Shown here: in pieces, positions 11,821 to 23,985 of the stretch | Numbering within the stretch: position 1 is the stretch's first letter | Layout of the letters: every line of letters begins with the position of its first letter | Assembly (NCBI RefSeq): GCF_036321535.1 | Contig: NC_087437.1 | Location: 79,362,001 to 79,426,000, forward strand | DNA from: Camelus dromedarius | Lineage: Eukaryota | Length of the DNA: 64,000 bases | Direction: 5' to 3' | Position numbers and translations under genes: made by a program | The notes under the pieces: model-generated | Database searches by the model: none | What the model was told of the DNA's origin: nothing | Seen by the model: the letters and a program-made list of their open reading frames with translations, nothing else

Positions 11821-12449
11821 AACAGTACAAGTGGTGTTAACCTGGAGCCCCTATACTAAAAGTGCATAGAAATTATACATAAATGATATGATTGCTAAAA
11901 TTCCCAGTAGAATCACAAGAAGTAAAAATTAAATTCAAACTACTCAAATTCAAAGCACACTAAAATCTGGGGAAATATTGTTATTGTGGTTTGGGTGGAA
12001 TGTGAATAAATGCAAACCATTTGTCCCAAAATATGCCCTAAAGATTTTCGTTTTCATACATGCAACAAGATGGGATGTTAAACCTTTGTCTTGTGACAAA
12101 ATTAAACTCAAAACGTTATGTGGAGACAGTCCCTTGAAGGGATGCACATTTGGAGAAATAAAGGAAGAATGCACTCTGGCTCTTGAGTTACAGAAAGAAT
12201 ACTATTTTTTGTTTGTTTGTTTGCTTGCTTGTTCTGCTGTATGCACTGAGGGGAAAAAAGATTCCCCTAATAAGAAAATACACACATTCACATATGCACC
12301 ACCTCAGAGTTTTTTAGAAACATGTTTTAATATTATACATATGTTTATAAATATATATAAGCCTTATTTAATATTATACATATGTTTATTCATATATTAC
12401 AAGCTATTGAATTTATGTAAAAAATTTTGTCTCAGCCTAATAATACTCT

Positions 12450-13790
12450 TTCTTCCAGAAATTAGAAAGTACAGGATTCCTATGAGAAAATAATTCCCAA
12501 TGTAAAAATATTCTCACTCCAAAAAACGAATTATAAAAAATACAGAGCAGAACTATGTAGCAGAAACAATAAACTAGAGGACAACAAACTTAAGGAATTA
12601 AAATAATGTAACAATCTGAAAGATACCGTAACATAATTATTTTTAAATGATTAAAAGGTTCAACAGAGGAAGAAAAAAGACACTATAAAAAGTATAAGTA
12701 GGAAGTGAAAAATATGAAATTCTAGAAATGAAAGAAATGAAGAAATCTATTAAGAGATTTATCGATCAGACTCAACCTAAAACATTCATTAACTGATAAT
12801 GCGTATTAGGAAAATAACCAAAATGAAACTTAAAATAAAATCATTAAATGAAAAACATTAAATCAGCATCTAAGTGGTAGATTCTTCAATTGCATAATGT
12901 CAGAGACAAAGAGATAATTTTTTATCAACCATGAGAAAAAAACTCAACAACAAATTTAAAAAATTAGTGAGGGAAGAGCACATTGCAAAAGGCACCACAG
13001 GACAGGCGGTTTCTTCAAATTGTCAAAGAAAATAGTTACCAACATGAAAATATACTTATCTAAAATATAATTCAGGAGTTAGGGTGAAATAAAAGTACTA
13101 TAGTCAAAAACTGAGATTTTTAAAAACTCAATATCACCCGCTGCAACAACTACTGCAAGGTGGTATAGAGAGAAATACTGGCTTGGAATTCAGTAGGTAA
13201 GTAAATAAGTTGCTTAGTAATTTGGTAAACATAAGTTACATTCTATGTGAAAATTAGTGATAAGTATAGTAATGGGTTTTATTTGGAGTAGCTTTGAAAC
13301 AAGATCAAACTAAGACAGTAGAAAGCATCGTATGAGGGATGAAGTGGAAGTCCGCATTAAAATATTTTAAGACCATTGTGTTGTGCAGAAGTAAATATTT
13401 TTTCCATTTATATCATATTAATTCTACTAGACTAAATTTTTATTATTTAAAAAAGCAATTGAATGTAGAATCCATATATGCAAGTAAACAGATGGAAAAA
13501 CAGAGACAGATAAAACCAATCAATAGAATATAAGATAAAATAAGAGACAAAATGAAGAAACCCCCAAAGAAGGAAAAACATAAAAATAAAATTTATTATT
13601 AATATATATTTTTTTAAAATACCAGCAATCGTAATACCTTAAGTTGGTTAAAAGGTGAAAATGCTCAGAAATTTTTTAAATTTAGCTATATGCTTTTTAT
13701 CAGAAACAACCCTAAAACATGACATAAAACTTTTGGAAGGAAAATGATGAAAATTATTCTATGCAAATCCTAACAGAGGAAACTGCTACA
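12450..13790 (+). mobile_element. Ancient L1 (L1ME/L1M5-type), ORF1 to start of ORF2 endonuclease
   Basis: A-rich; decayed ORF1 3' motifs (gagttagggtgaaataaaag) and ORF2 start motifs (gctatatgctttttatcagaaacaaccctaaaac...tatgcaaatcctaac). Confidence 0.65.
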
Positions 13791-14059
13791 GTGGACAGCT
13801 TGGGAATTTGAGGGACTTTTTGGTAGAAGTCACTTGTCAGAAAGGCGGAGTTTTAAAATCAAAATCTTGGAGGAAAGGCAGAAGAGCTGATTAAGTATAA
13901 GATGTAGCCTTGTTAAGTAACATATTCCAGAATCTATACTTAGTTATCAAACTTTTCCAGTGTGGAATATTAAGGCTCTAAAAATTCTTCCAGAAGACTT
14001 TTCCAAAGTTATACAGCTTGATGGTAGTTGAGCCCAAATTACACCCCAAGTCTCTTGAG

Positions 14060-14400
14060 CCCTAGTAAAGTAAAAATACATTATTTGTCTGCCCCCAGTT
14101 TGTCCCTTTTCAAGCTGCCCTTTATGTTACTACTAATTCCCCCATCTTGCAGGTGGGCTTATGACCCAGGCTGCCCAGACACCTTATCCCTTGGGCAGAA
14201 TGATGGGTTTTCAGAGGTCACATATCACAAACCAGGCCAATTAAAAAATACCCTGTGGATTATTGGTGTTATGAGGAAAGGAGGAGCCTTTTTTCTTTAG
14301 CATTATAACGTTTTAAGGATAAAACTGAATTCTCAGCTGTCCTTTTTGTCATCACACTGGACAAGCTCAGCCAAGAATTAAAGAAACATTGATTCTGACG
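14060..14400 (+). mobile_element. MaLR LTR fragment (MLT1K/L-like)
   Basis: ggtgggcttatgacccaggctgccc...cccttgggcagaatgatggg...aaaccaggccaat resembles old MLT1 LTRs. Confidence 0.55.
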
Positions 14401-14986
14401 ACCACCCATGCATGAGAATACCTTTATGGAAGCCCAGGAGCCCAGCCCTCCCCTGTAGTCAGGGTCCCATGCACGATCCACAGAGAGCTTGCAGAAGCCT
14501 CTGCAGAGCATGCATGAGCACAGACAGCTGGCATGAGTCCGCTAGATTGGGAGAAGGCACATAAATCTGAACACTTCAGGGCACTGTCCTAGGGAAAATA
14601 AATGAGAGACTCTTAGTACCTGGCCTGGCTTTGTGAGATCAAGAGAAGGTGTACAAACCTAAGACTTCCTACCACGCCAGGGAAGACAAGAGGAGTTGGG
14701 TAGGTGCATCCACAGGAAGGGTCTGAAAGACCCCCAGAATCCTTCACTGGGCTGACCGGGGAAGGTCTTTCTCACTCAAAGCCCTTCAGTATAGACTAGA
14801 GGAGGTGACTCCTTCTGCAAATGAGAAGACAGCAATGCAGCACTTCAAAGAACATGAAAAATCAAAGGATCAAGACACAAACTATCAAAGGATCAAGACA
14901 CAAACTACCAAAGGAACGCAACAGTTTTTCAATGATTAACTCCAAAGAAATGGAGATCCATGAATTACCTGATAAATAATTCAAAA
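14400..14986 (+). mobile_element. L1 5'UTR and ORF1 start fragment (L1M2/L1M3-type)
   Basis: GC-richer 5'UTR, then aacatgaaaaatcaa...ccaaagaaatggagatccatgaattacctgataaataattcaaaata (ORF1 N-terminal motif). Confidence 0.7.
14861..14906. repeat. Exact 23-bp tandem duplication
   Basis: atcaaaggatcaagacacaaact x2. Confidence 0.95.
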
Positions 14987-14988
14987 TA

Positions 14989-15190
14989 CAATTGACCCTT
15001 GAATAACACATGTTTTAACTGCAGGGATCCACTTATATGTTGATTTTTTCAATAGTAAATACAGCAGTACTACGCATGGTTGGTTGAATCTGGGGATGCG
15101 GAACTGTGGATATGGAGGAACTATGGATACACAGGATCCACTTATATGGAGAGCTGACTATAAGTTATATGTGGATTTTTAACTGATGCA
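14989..15190 (+). mobile_element. Tigger2-derived MITE (Tigger2a_Art/MER8-like), 3' TIR missing, inserted in L1
   Basis: TA followed by caattgacccttgaataacacatgttttaactgcagggatccacttatatg...ggttggttgaatc...ctgactataagttatatgtggatttt. Confidence 0.8.
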
Positions 15191-15214
15191 TATTTAGTTA
15201 GATTAACCAAGAAT

Positions 15215-15688
15215 CTTATGTATAGAAAACACAGAAGACTCCATCAAAAAACTATTAAAACTAATAATTTTAGAACAGTTGCAGGATACAAAATCTACAT
15301 AGAAAAATCAGTTATGTTTCTATACAATAACAATGACCAATCCAAAAAAGAAATTACTAAAATGATACCATATACAATAGCATCAAAAATACAAAATATA
15401 TAGGAATAAATTTATCCAAGAAAGCAAAAAATCTGTACACAGAAAACTATAAACCATTAATGAATAAAAAGGGAAGAAAACACAACTAAATGGAAAACTA
15501 ATCTGTGTTCATGGATCAGAGTTAATATTAACATGTTCTTGCCACTCAAAATCATCTATTGATTTAATGCAATCCTTAGCAATTTCCCAATGGCATTTGT
15601 CACAGAAATAGAAAAAAAAATCTTAAAATTGGTATAGACGCATAAAAGACCCCACATACCCAAAACAATCTTGAGAGAGAACAAAGAA
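15215..15688 (+). mobile_element. L1 ORF2 (RT 3' part) fragment
   Basis: Translated remnant VAGYKIYIEKSVMFLYNNN...IPYTIASK. Confidence 0.85.
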
Positions 15689-15689
15689 C

Positions 15690-15963
15690 CATCCCAGACT
15701 GCTTTGTAGTCTAAGATGCATTTGGTAAAGCTTTGGGGGAGTATTTTAGCTACTGTCAAGAGATGAGAGAGTCCAGTGACTCCCAGGAATGTATCTGTCT
15801 TAATGTCCCCACTGTATGTAGTCATTGGCCAGGAGCAGCCTATTGGAGAAATGGCCTTGGCACAAATACTACAATGGATTTCAAAGTGAAGTATCTGAAA
15901 CTTGTAGTCAGTTATGATCCCTGCAGTAGAAGGTCTATGAGGTGCATTCTCATGATTGCCACG
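15690..15963 (-). mobile_element. ERVL LTR16-family partial LTR
   Basis: ctcccaggaatg...gtcattggccaggagcagcc...atggatttca...gaggtgcattctcatgattgccac matches the reversed LTR16 5' part. Confidence 0.7.
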
Positions 15964-16009
15964 AGGATCAAGCATGTGACCAAGCAGAGTTAATGAACAT
16001 AATTCAAAG

Positions 16010-18200
16010 TGTCTTTTAAAAAAGCAAAGCAGCTAATGTGATTCACCATATTAACAAAAAGTGAATTTAATATTTATAAAGCAATTAGTGTAAATCGCCA
16101 TGTTAATGGAAATAGAAAAAGCATTTAAAAATTAACATCCATTTGTGATAAAAATTTTCAGCCAACTAAGAATAGAAAGTAACTTTCTCAATGAGATAAG
16201 ATACATCTAATAAAAGCTAGTACTAGTATTATACTTAATGATGAAATATCAAACTTTTGTTGCTATGTTTGGAAAAACGGCAAGACTTCCTACTCAAATC
16301 ATGTGTATTAAATACTATACTAGAAGTTCCAGTCATTATGACAAGGCAGAGAAAATACATAAAAATATAAAGTTCTGAAAGGAAAAAATGAATAGTTTTA
16401 TATTTACCAACGGTACATTTATTTTATATAAAACTCTGACATCTACGAATAAGCAAGAACTAATAAATGAATTATCTAGGTTGTAGGATACAAGGTAAAT
16501 ATTAAAACTCAATTGTAATTTTTACATTCTTGCAGCAACATTTAGTAAATAAAAATTTTCAAATACCTTTTATAATAATGTTGAAACATTAAATATAAAT
16601 AAATAAAATTTTAAAAGACATACAAGTTTTCTAGACTACAAACTCAAAAATATTTATAGAAAATAAAAATGAACTAAATAAATGGAGACATATGTTAGAA
16701 GAGTTTCAAAATTATGAAATTTCAATTCTACCCAAATCAACATATAGATTCAAAGTTACCCTATTGAAAATTCCTGCAATTTTAAAAAAGAAATTGATAA
16801 ATGGATTGTAAAATATTTATGAAAATACTAACAACCTAAAACAGCCATATAAGAAGTTGGAAGATTTACTCTACCTGATTTCAAGACTTAATAAAAGCTA
16901 CTGTAATCAAGAGAATGTATTGTTGCTAGACGAATAGAAATACAGATTAATGAAACAATAGAGCCTATAAATATACACTTATAAATTGATTTTTGACAAA
17001 GGTTTCAGAGTAGTTCACTGGGATGAGGATATGGTTCTATGAGCAACTGAGTATTCCTGTGGGAAACAAATGAACCCTTAGTTTGAAATAGACCACAGAC
17101 CTATACATAAAAGCTGAAATTTAACCATGTCAAGTCAAATATATAGAATTTGGTATCCAATTGTTGGAAATGCTTTTGTTTTCACCTCAAGGAAACCTAA
17201 TATTTATAATAATTGATACCAGAAGAGTCTCAACAACTTTGAGAGTCAATTACTATAGATTATGCCCTTTGCTGTTACTAGAAATGTATTTAAAATTTAA
17301 TGAATTTAAATTTCTTTTAATTTTTAAAATCAATTTTTTAACTCTTGAAGTTTTTATAAAAAGTATAATTACACATACATATGATTATTAAATTTAAAAT
17401 TCATTTGTAAATGCTAACATATTTACAAACAAATGAAACAAAAAATTTCTGCATATCAAAACTTGTAGGATGTAGCTACTTCAGTGTTTTAAGGGCATTT
17501 GAAACCTTAGCTCTGTATTAGAAATGAAGACGAACTGCTTATCCACTATGCATCTGAACTAAGTATTCAGAAAAGGAAAAAAATATATACCCCAAAAATA
17601 TAACATTAAAAAATCATAAAAATATAATCAGAATATAATGCTATAGGAAAGATACAGTAGTGAAAATCAACTCAGTGAGGAACAGTATAGTAGTTAACAG
17701 GCATATGACTATGAACTTGACCATATCCTCTGACCCAGTACAGCCAATCTACACATGTAATATAAGGTAATTCTTATTCATGTGCATGAGAATATCTGTA
17801 GAATAATTATTTCAGCAGCATTTTTAGTACTAGAAAAGAAATCCCTTTCTTTGTCTATTGGCAGTAGAATGGATAAATAAAATGTATTCTATTCCTTCAA
17901 AGGGCCACTGCTCAGCAATAAAAAGAAACAAGGAGTGTTACATGTTATCTAGGGGGTCAAGTCTTACAGTTAAGATTGAATGAAAAAAAAAGTTACATAA
18001 ACTTATATACAGAGTGAACTGCTTTATATAAAATTTAAAAGTGCAAAACTAAATGATATGCTTCTTAGGAATATATCCATACATAATTCAACAGTAAAGA
18101 AAAGCAAGAGAATTATGAAAACCAATTCAAGTCAGGGTTGCCTTTAGAGGACAAGGAAAAAAGGTATATACCTTTCACTATCTGGAGAATACGCACAGCC
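16010..18200 (+). mobile_element. Old L1 (L1ME-type) ORF2 and 3'UTR fragments, rearranged
   Basis: Decayed RT motifs, ctacctgatttcaagact...aaagctactgtaatcaag, and an L1ME 3'UTR at 17700-18200. Confidence 0.75.
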
Positions 18201-19099
18201 CAAACAATCATTTCTTACTTTTAATTACTCTTTAAATAGTTGGTATAATAGATTTTATAAAACTCCATAAAACTATTTATTGTAAAGCTATTGGATTGTA
18301 TTGAAATAGCATTAGTATTTTTTCAGTCTAAAAATAGCTTCTTTATGTAGTTTCTAATTATATACTAATTGTGAAATAATTGCAACTGTATGAAAGTATA
18401 GAGAAGAAAGTATAGAGAAGGAAGTAAACACAGATTGAAACCCCAACACTTTGAGAAAACAGCCATAAGCATCTTGGGGACTGCACTTCAGTGCCTCTCC
18501 TCACGCACATGCGCATCTTCCTTTTCACAGTGCGGTATCTTTTCTACTTGTGTTGCCTGTTGAACACTCGTGGAGGGCCCCACATGTGGAAATGCAGCCC
18601 CAGTCTCTGCTGTCTCATTCACTTTACTTGTCCCTGGGAAAACCTCTTAGTTTTAACATCTGTGACGTTGGATAAATACCTATTTAATGCATATATGTTT
18701 TGAAATACCCACAGGTCTTCTGTATAAAGGAACTAAAACAGATTTACACATTGGCCTGTAGGTTTAAACATGGGCTCTCTACAAGCATGAGCAGCAGGAA
18801 GTTCCAACACTGGGGACAGTCCATTGAAAATGCCCTGCCCCCGGGGTGTATAAATTGACATTCATGAACTATCAACAGGAGCTTATCTCCACTGCCCCAT
18901 GGGAGGGAAAAGAAGGGACAGTAATGGAAGGGCAATGAGCACAGCTGTAGTATAAAAAGGAAATAAATGCACCTCCTTACCTTTCCTGCTACCTAATTAA
19001 GGGTGTATGCATGCATGTGCATCTAAGTACCATCACTCTATATTCTCTCCCTTAAAATGGAGAAAATCAGAAACTGATATGGAGACCTATAATAATGAT

Positions 19100-19290
19100 G
19101 TAGTAATAGTAACTATGTTTGCATTTGTGAACTGCTCTACAGATTTTAATTCATTTGTGTTTTCTCATTTAACCACCCATGAGAATATATATTACTCATT
19201 TGAAGAATTAAGAATCTGAGGCAAAAAAGTTTTTGTGACTTATTCAAGGTTACAAAGCTGCTTTGTGTCAGAACTAGAATGAAAGTGACA
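19100..19290 (-). mobile_element. MIR SINE
   Basis: ctcatttaaccacccatgag...gaatctgaggcaaaaaag...gtgacttattcaaggttacaaagct. Confidence 0.7.
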
Positions 19291-19529
19291 CATCGCGTTG
19301 GCTGATACGTAATTCATGGTTCTTTCACGGTAGGAAACGTAAATCATTTCTTTAAATCAAATCTTCAAGGAAAGTAACATGGTATAAAACAAAATACATT
19401 TAAATACAGGGCCATTTAAAATTTTACTCAAATATTTAAAATTTTAGGCTATAAAATGAATTAAATAGGTGTTGCATTTTAAATATTTTGCAAACAGCTT
19501 ATATAAACAGTAAGATTTGTAAACATAGC

Positions 19530-19630
19530 TTCTGAATGATGAGAAGAACTTTAGAGATGTCAATCTAATTCTCTTCTTTCAAAAATGAGACAGAATTTAG
19601 AGAGCTTAAGTTATCCAAGGTCATGTAGAT
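19530..19630 (-). mobile_element. MIR (MIR3-like) fragment
   Basis: gaactttagagatgtcaatctaattctc...tttagagagcttaagttatccaaggtca. Confidence 0.55.
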
Positions 19631-19683
19631 TTTCTGGGATAAAGTTTACACAATACACAGTGCAATTTGAACTGTAAAATGAA

Positions 19684-19719
<36 letters not shown>

Positions 19720-19720
19720 G
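19684..19720. repeat. (TG)n microsatellite, interrupted
   Basis: gtgtgtg...tgtatgtgtatgtgtg. Confidence 0.95.
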
Positions 19721-19844
19721 AGAGAGTATGTTTTTATAGCCTGATGAGTTATATAACATTAAGAAGGTCAATGATGAATTTAACCATGATGTCTATTTGT
19801 AACTATCTTAATTATTGAGTTACACAATCATATTTATACTGAAA

Positions 19845-20105
19845 CAGTTTTTGTTAAAGTATAACACATACACAAAAATGTGCCCATATTTGTGTAGCTT
19901 GATGAATTTTCCCAAATAGATCACATCAAGCAAATATAATCGCATTCAAAATAAAAGTCATATCATTATCAGAACACCAGAAACCCACTCTGCACCTGTG
20001 ACATCACTAAGCACCTTCTATTCTAAATTCTAATAACATAAGTGAGTTTTGCCTTTTATTGAACTTCATATGTATGAAGTATACAATATGCACTTTTTGG
20101 CTCAG
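19845..20105 (-). mobile_element. L1ME-type 3' end; probable host, resuming at about 26300-26710
   Basis: tttttgttaaagtataacacatacac...gcttgatgaattttccc...gttttgccttttattgaacttcatatgtatgaagtatacaatatgcac. Confidence 0.7.
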
Positions 20106-22029
20106 GATATTTTACTTTTAAAGCCACATCTACTTACTTTCTTGTTCATATCCTTTATTGATGGCAACAAAATAATCTATTCTACATTAATATAATTTTG
20201 TCATTGTAAGAATGTCATATAAATGGAATCATAAAGTATGTATTCTTTTGTTGTTTATTATCTCATTAGCATAATTTCCTGCAGGTTCATCCAAATCATT
20301 GCATGTATCAATAATCTGTTCCTTTTTTTTTTTTTTTTTGCTTCAGTAGTATGACATGGTATATATGTTTATTAGCTCACTTGAAAGACATCTGGGTTGT
20401 TTCCAGTTTGAGGTTATTGCAGATAAAACTGCTATGAACACTGGTATACAGTTTTTTGTAAACCTAAATTTTAATTGCTCTAAGATAAATATCCAAAAAT
20501 GCAATTACAAAATCATATGACATTTGTATATTCAGTTTTACAAAGTGTGCCAAACTAATTTACAGCGTAGCTGTATCATTCTACATTCCTGCCAGCAATG
20601 TATGAGTGATCTGGTTTCTCTGCATCCTTACAAGCATTTGGTTTTGTCACTTTTTAAATTTTATTTTCTAATAGGTGTATAGCAATATCTTGTTGTGATT
20701 TAATTAGCATTTCCCAGGTGGATAATGATGTTTAACATCTTTTTGTGTGCTTATTTGCCATCTGTATATCTTCAGTGAAATTTAAGTTTGTCTTTTGCTT
20801 ATTTTATAGTTGGATTATTTGATTTTTTACTTATAAGTTCTAAGACTTCATTTTATAGTCAAAATACTAGTCCTTCATCAGATATGATGTTTAAAAATAT
20901 TATTAACCAGTCTTTAGCTTTTCTTTTCATCCTATAAACAGTCTTTCATGTAGCAAACATTTTACTTTTATAAGGCTCAGTTTATTATTACTTACAGAAC
21001 AATGTTTTGGTGTCAGAACTAAACATTCTTTGCCCAACCCTACATTCCAAAGATTTATTCCTATATTTTTTTTAATTTTGTAAGTTTTACATTGAAATCT
21101 ATAGTCAATTTTGTGTTAAATTTTGTATAAGATGTGAGTTTTAGATCAGACTACTATTTAAGTATGTATATATTGTTTCTATGACTGCCTGCTTTATGGA
21201 TACCAGTTGATTGCACACCATTTGTTAAAACATCTATTCTTACTTTAACACCTTTGTCAAAGTCAGCTGGACATATTTGTGAGTGTAGTGCTGGGTTCTC
21301 TATTCATTTCCATTCATTTATGTGTCTATTGTTATAGTAATTGTCTTGATTACTGTAACTATATTATAGTCCTAAATATCCTAAATATAGTTCTAAATAC
21401 AATGAGACCCCTCACTTTTTTCAAAATTTTAGAAGATTATCCTAGGGCCTATGGCCTAGCCTTATACATTTCAGAATGATCTTGTCTATGTCTACTAAAA
21501 ACATCCCTAAAAATTTTATAGGAATGGTATTAAACCTATAGACCAAGGCCAAAGATACAGATATCTTTGCTATTTTAAGTCTTCCAATCCTTGAATACAG
21601 TATGTCTCTCCAGTTATTTAGAGGTTCTTTGAATTTGTCAGCATTTTGTGTCTTTTAGCATACAAGTTCTGTTCATGTTTTGTTAAATTAAGTGTATAAT
21701 TCAGTTTTTTATTGTATTTCGAGTAACTGCATATGGTATTATAATTTTAATTTGGCTTCCCACATGTGCACTTTTAGTATGTAGAAGTATGATTGGTTTT
21801 AATATGTGATTTGGTTTCCTATGAATTTTCTAGACTTATTAGTTCTAGGAGATTTTTGTTTGTTTTTAATATTCTTTGAGATTGTCTACATAGAAGATCA
21901 TGTCGTTTGAAAATAGAGTTTGATTTCTTTCTTTACAATATGAATGCCTTTTATTTCTCTAAAAGTCTACTGCTTTAGTTGAATACTACTTTATATTTAT
22001 AAATAGCTGGATTTGATTTTGAATATATT

Positions 22030-22680
22030 TATTTTTAAATTTTTTTTATTGAAGTATAGCCAGTTCACAGTGTTGTGTCAATTTCTGGTGTATAGCATGA
22101 TTGTTCAATCATACATATGCATACATATATTCATTTTTGTATTCTTTTTCATTATCAGTTACTACAAGATATTAAATATAGTTCCCTGTACTATACAGTA
22201 TAAACTTGTTCATCTGTTTTATATATAGTAGTTAGTATCTGTAAATCTCAAGCTCCCAATTTTTACCCCCACCCTTTTTCCTCTTGGCAACCATAAGTTT
22301 GTTTTCTATGTCTGTTAGTCTGTTTCTGTTTTATAAATAAGTTCATCTGTCTCATTTTTTTTTTAGATTCCACATATAAATGATATCATATGGTACTTTT
22401 CTTTTTCTTTCTGTCTTATTTCACTTAGAATGACAATCTCCAGGTCCATCCGTGTTGCTGCAAATGGCATTATTTTATTACTTTTTATGGCTGAGTAGTA
22501 TTCCATTTTATAAATATACCACAACTTCTTTATCTAGTCCTCTGTTGATGGATATTTAGGTTGTTTCCATGTCATGCTGCTAGAACACTGGGGTGCAGGT
22601 GTCTTTTTGAATTAAAGTTCCCTCTGGATATATGTCCAAGAGTGGGATTGCTGGATCATATGGTAAATCCATTTTTAGGT
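22030..22680 (-). mobile_element. Lineage-specific L1 3' end (older camelid-type subfamily)
   Basis: Poly(T), then attgaagtatagccagttcacagtgttgtgtcaatttctggtgtatagc; same subfamily as 41349 and 61574. Confidence 0.92.
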
Positions 22681-23735
22681 TTTTTTTTTCACATTTTTTA
22701 TTGATTTATAATCATTTTACAATGTTGTGTCAAATTTGTGTAGAGCACAATTTTTTAGTTATACATGAACATATATATATTCATTGTCACTTTTTTTTTT
22801 CTGTGAGCTACCATAAGATCTTGTGTATATTTCCCTGTGCTATACAGTATAATCTTGTTTATCTATTCTACAACTTTGAAATCCTGTGTATCCCTTCCCA
22901 CCCTCTGCCCCCTTGGCAACCACAAGTTTGTATTCTATGAGTCTGTTTCTGTTTTGTATTTATGCTTTGTTTGTTTGTTTGTTTGTTTTAGATTCCACAT
23001 ATGAGCGATCTCATATGGTATTTTTCTTTCTCTTTCTGGCTTACTTCACTTAGAATGACATTCTCCGAGGACATCCATGTTGCTGCAAATGGCATTATGT
23101 TACCGTTTTTTATGGCTGAATAGTATTCCATTGTATAAATATACCACTTCTTCTTTATCCAATCAACTGTTGATGGACATTTAGGCTGTTTCCATGTCTT
23201 GGCTACTATAAATAGTGCTGCTATGAACATTGGGGAGCAGGTGTCATTTTGAAGTAGGGTTCCTTCTGGATATATGCCCAGGAGTGGGATTTCTGGGTCA
23301 TATGATAAGTCTATTCCTAGTCTTTTGAGGAATCTCCATACTATTTTCCACAGTGGCTGCACCAAACTGCATTCCCACCAGCAGTGTAGGAGGGTTCCCT
23401 TTTCTCCATAGCATCTCTAGCATTTGTCATTTGTGGATTTTTGAATGACGGCCATTCTGACTAGTGTGAGGTGATACCTCATTGTAGTTTTGATTTGCAT
23501 TTCTCTGATAATTAGTGATATTGAGCATTTTTTCACATGCTTATTGATCATTTGTGTTTCTTCCTTGGAGAATTGCTTGTTTAGGTCTTTTGCCCATTTT
23601 TGGATTGGGTTGTTTGGTGGTTTCTTATTAAGTTGTATGAGCTGCTTATATATCCTGGAGATCAATCCTTTGTCAGTTTCATCTTTTGCAAAAATATTCT
23701 CCCATTCCATAGGTTCTAATTTTGTTTTGCTTATG
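22681..23735 (-). mobile_element. Youngest-subfamily L1 3' end (camelid L1_Vpa-like), nested in the previous L1
   Basis: Poly(T), then acattttttattgatttataatcattttac; ORFs 22988..23365 and 23417..23710 are ORF2 C-terminus; near-identical to the 26941 copy. Confidence 0.95.
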
Positions 23736-23985
23736 ACATCCTCTCACTTTCAATCTATGTGTGTCCTTCACCCTAAAGTGGGTCTCTTATAGGCAGCATA
23801 TTGTAAGCTCTTGCTTTGTTATCCAGTGTGCCACTGTATGTCTTTTGATTGGAGCATTTAGTTCATTGACATTTACAGTAATTATTGATAGATGTGTTTA
23901 TTGCCATTTTGAACTTTGTTTTCCAGTTGATTTGAAATTTCTTCTTTGTTTTGTTTGTTTGTTTTTCTTTTTGTGGTTTTATAAT
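23736..23985 (-). mobile_element. L1 inter-ORF spacer and ORF2 N-terminus
   Basis: Minus strand reads atggcaataaacac...SIITVNVNELNAPIKRH...[16 protein letters not shown] (endonuclease start). Confidence 0.88.

Noticed and set aside
11978..12493. 171-aa plus-strand ORF
   Set aside because: Starts at a TTG codon, runs through AT-rich low-complexity and L1-adjacent sequence, and has no recognisable domain
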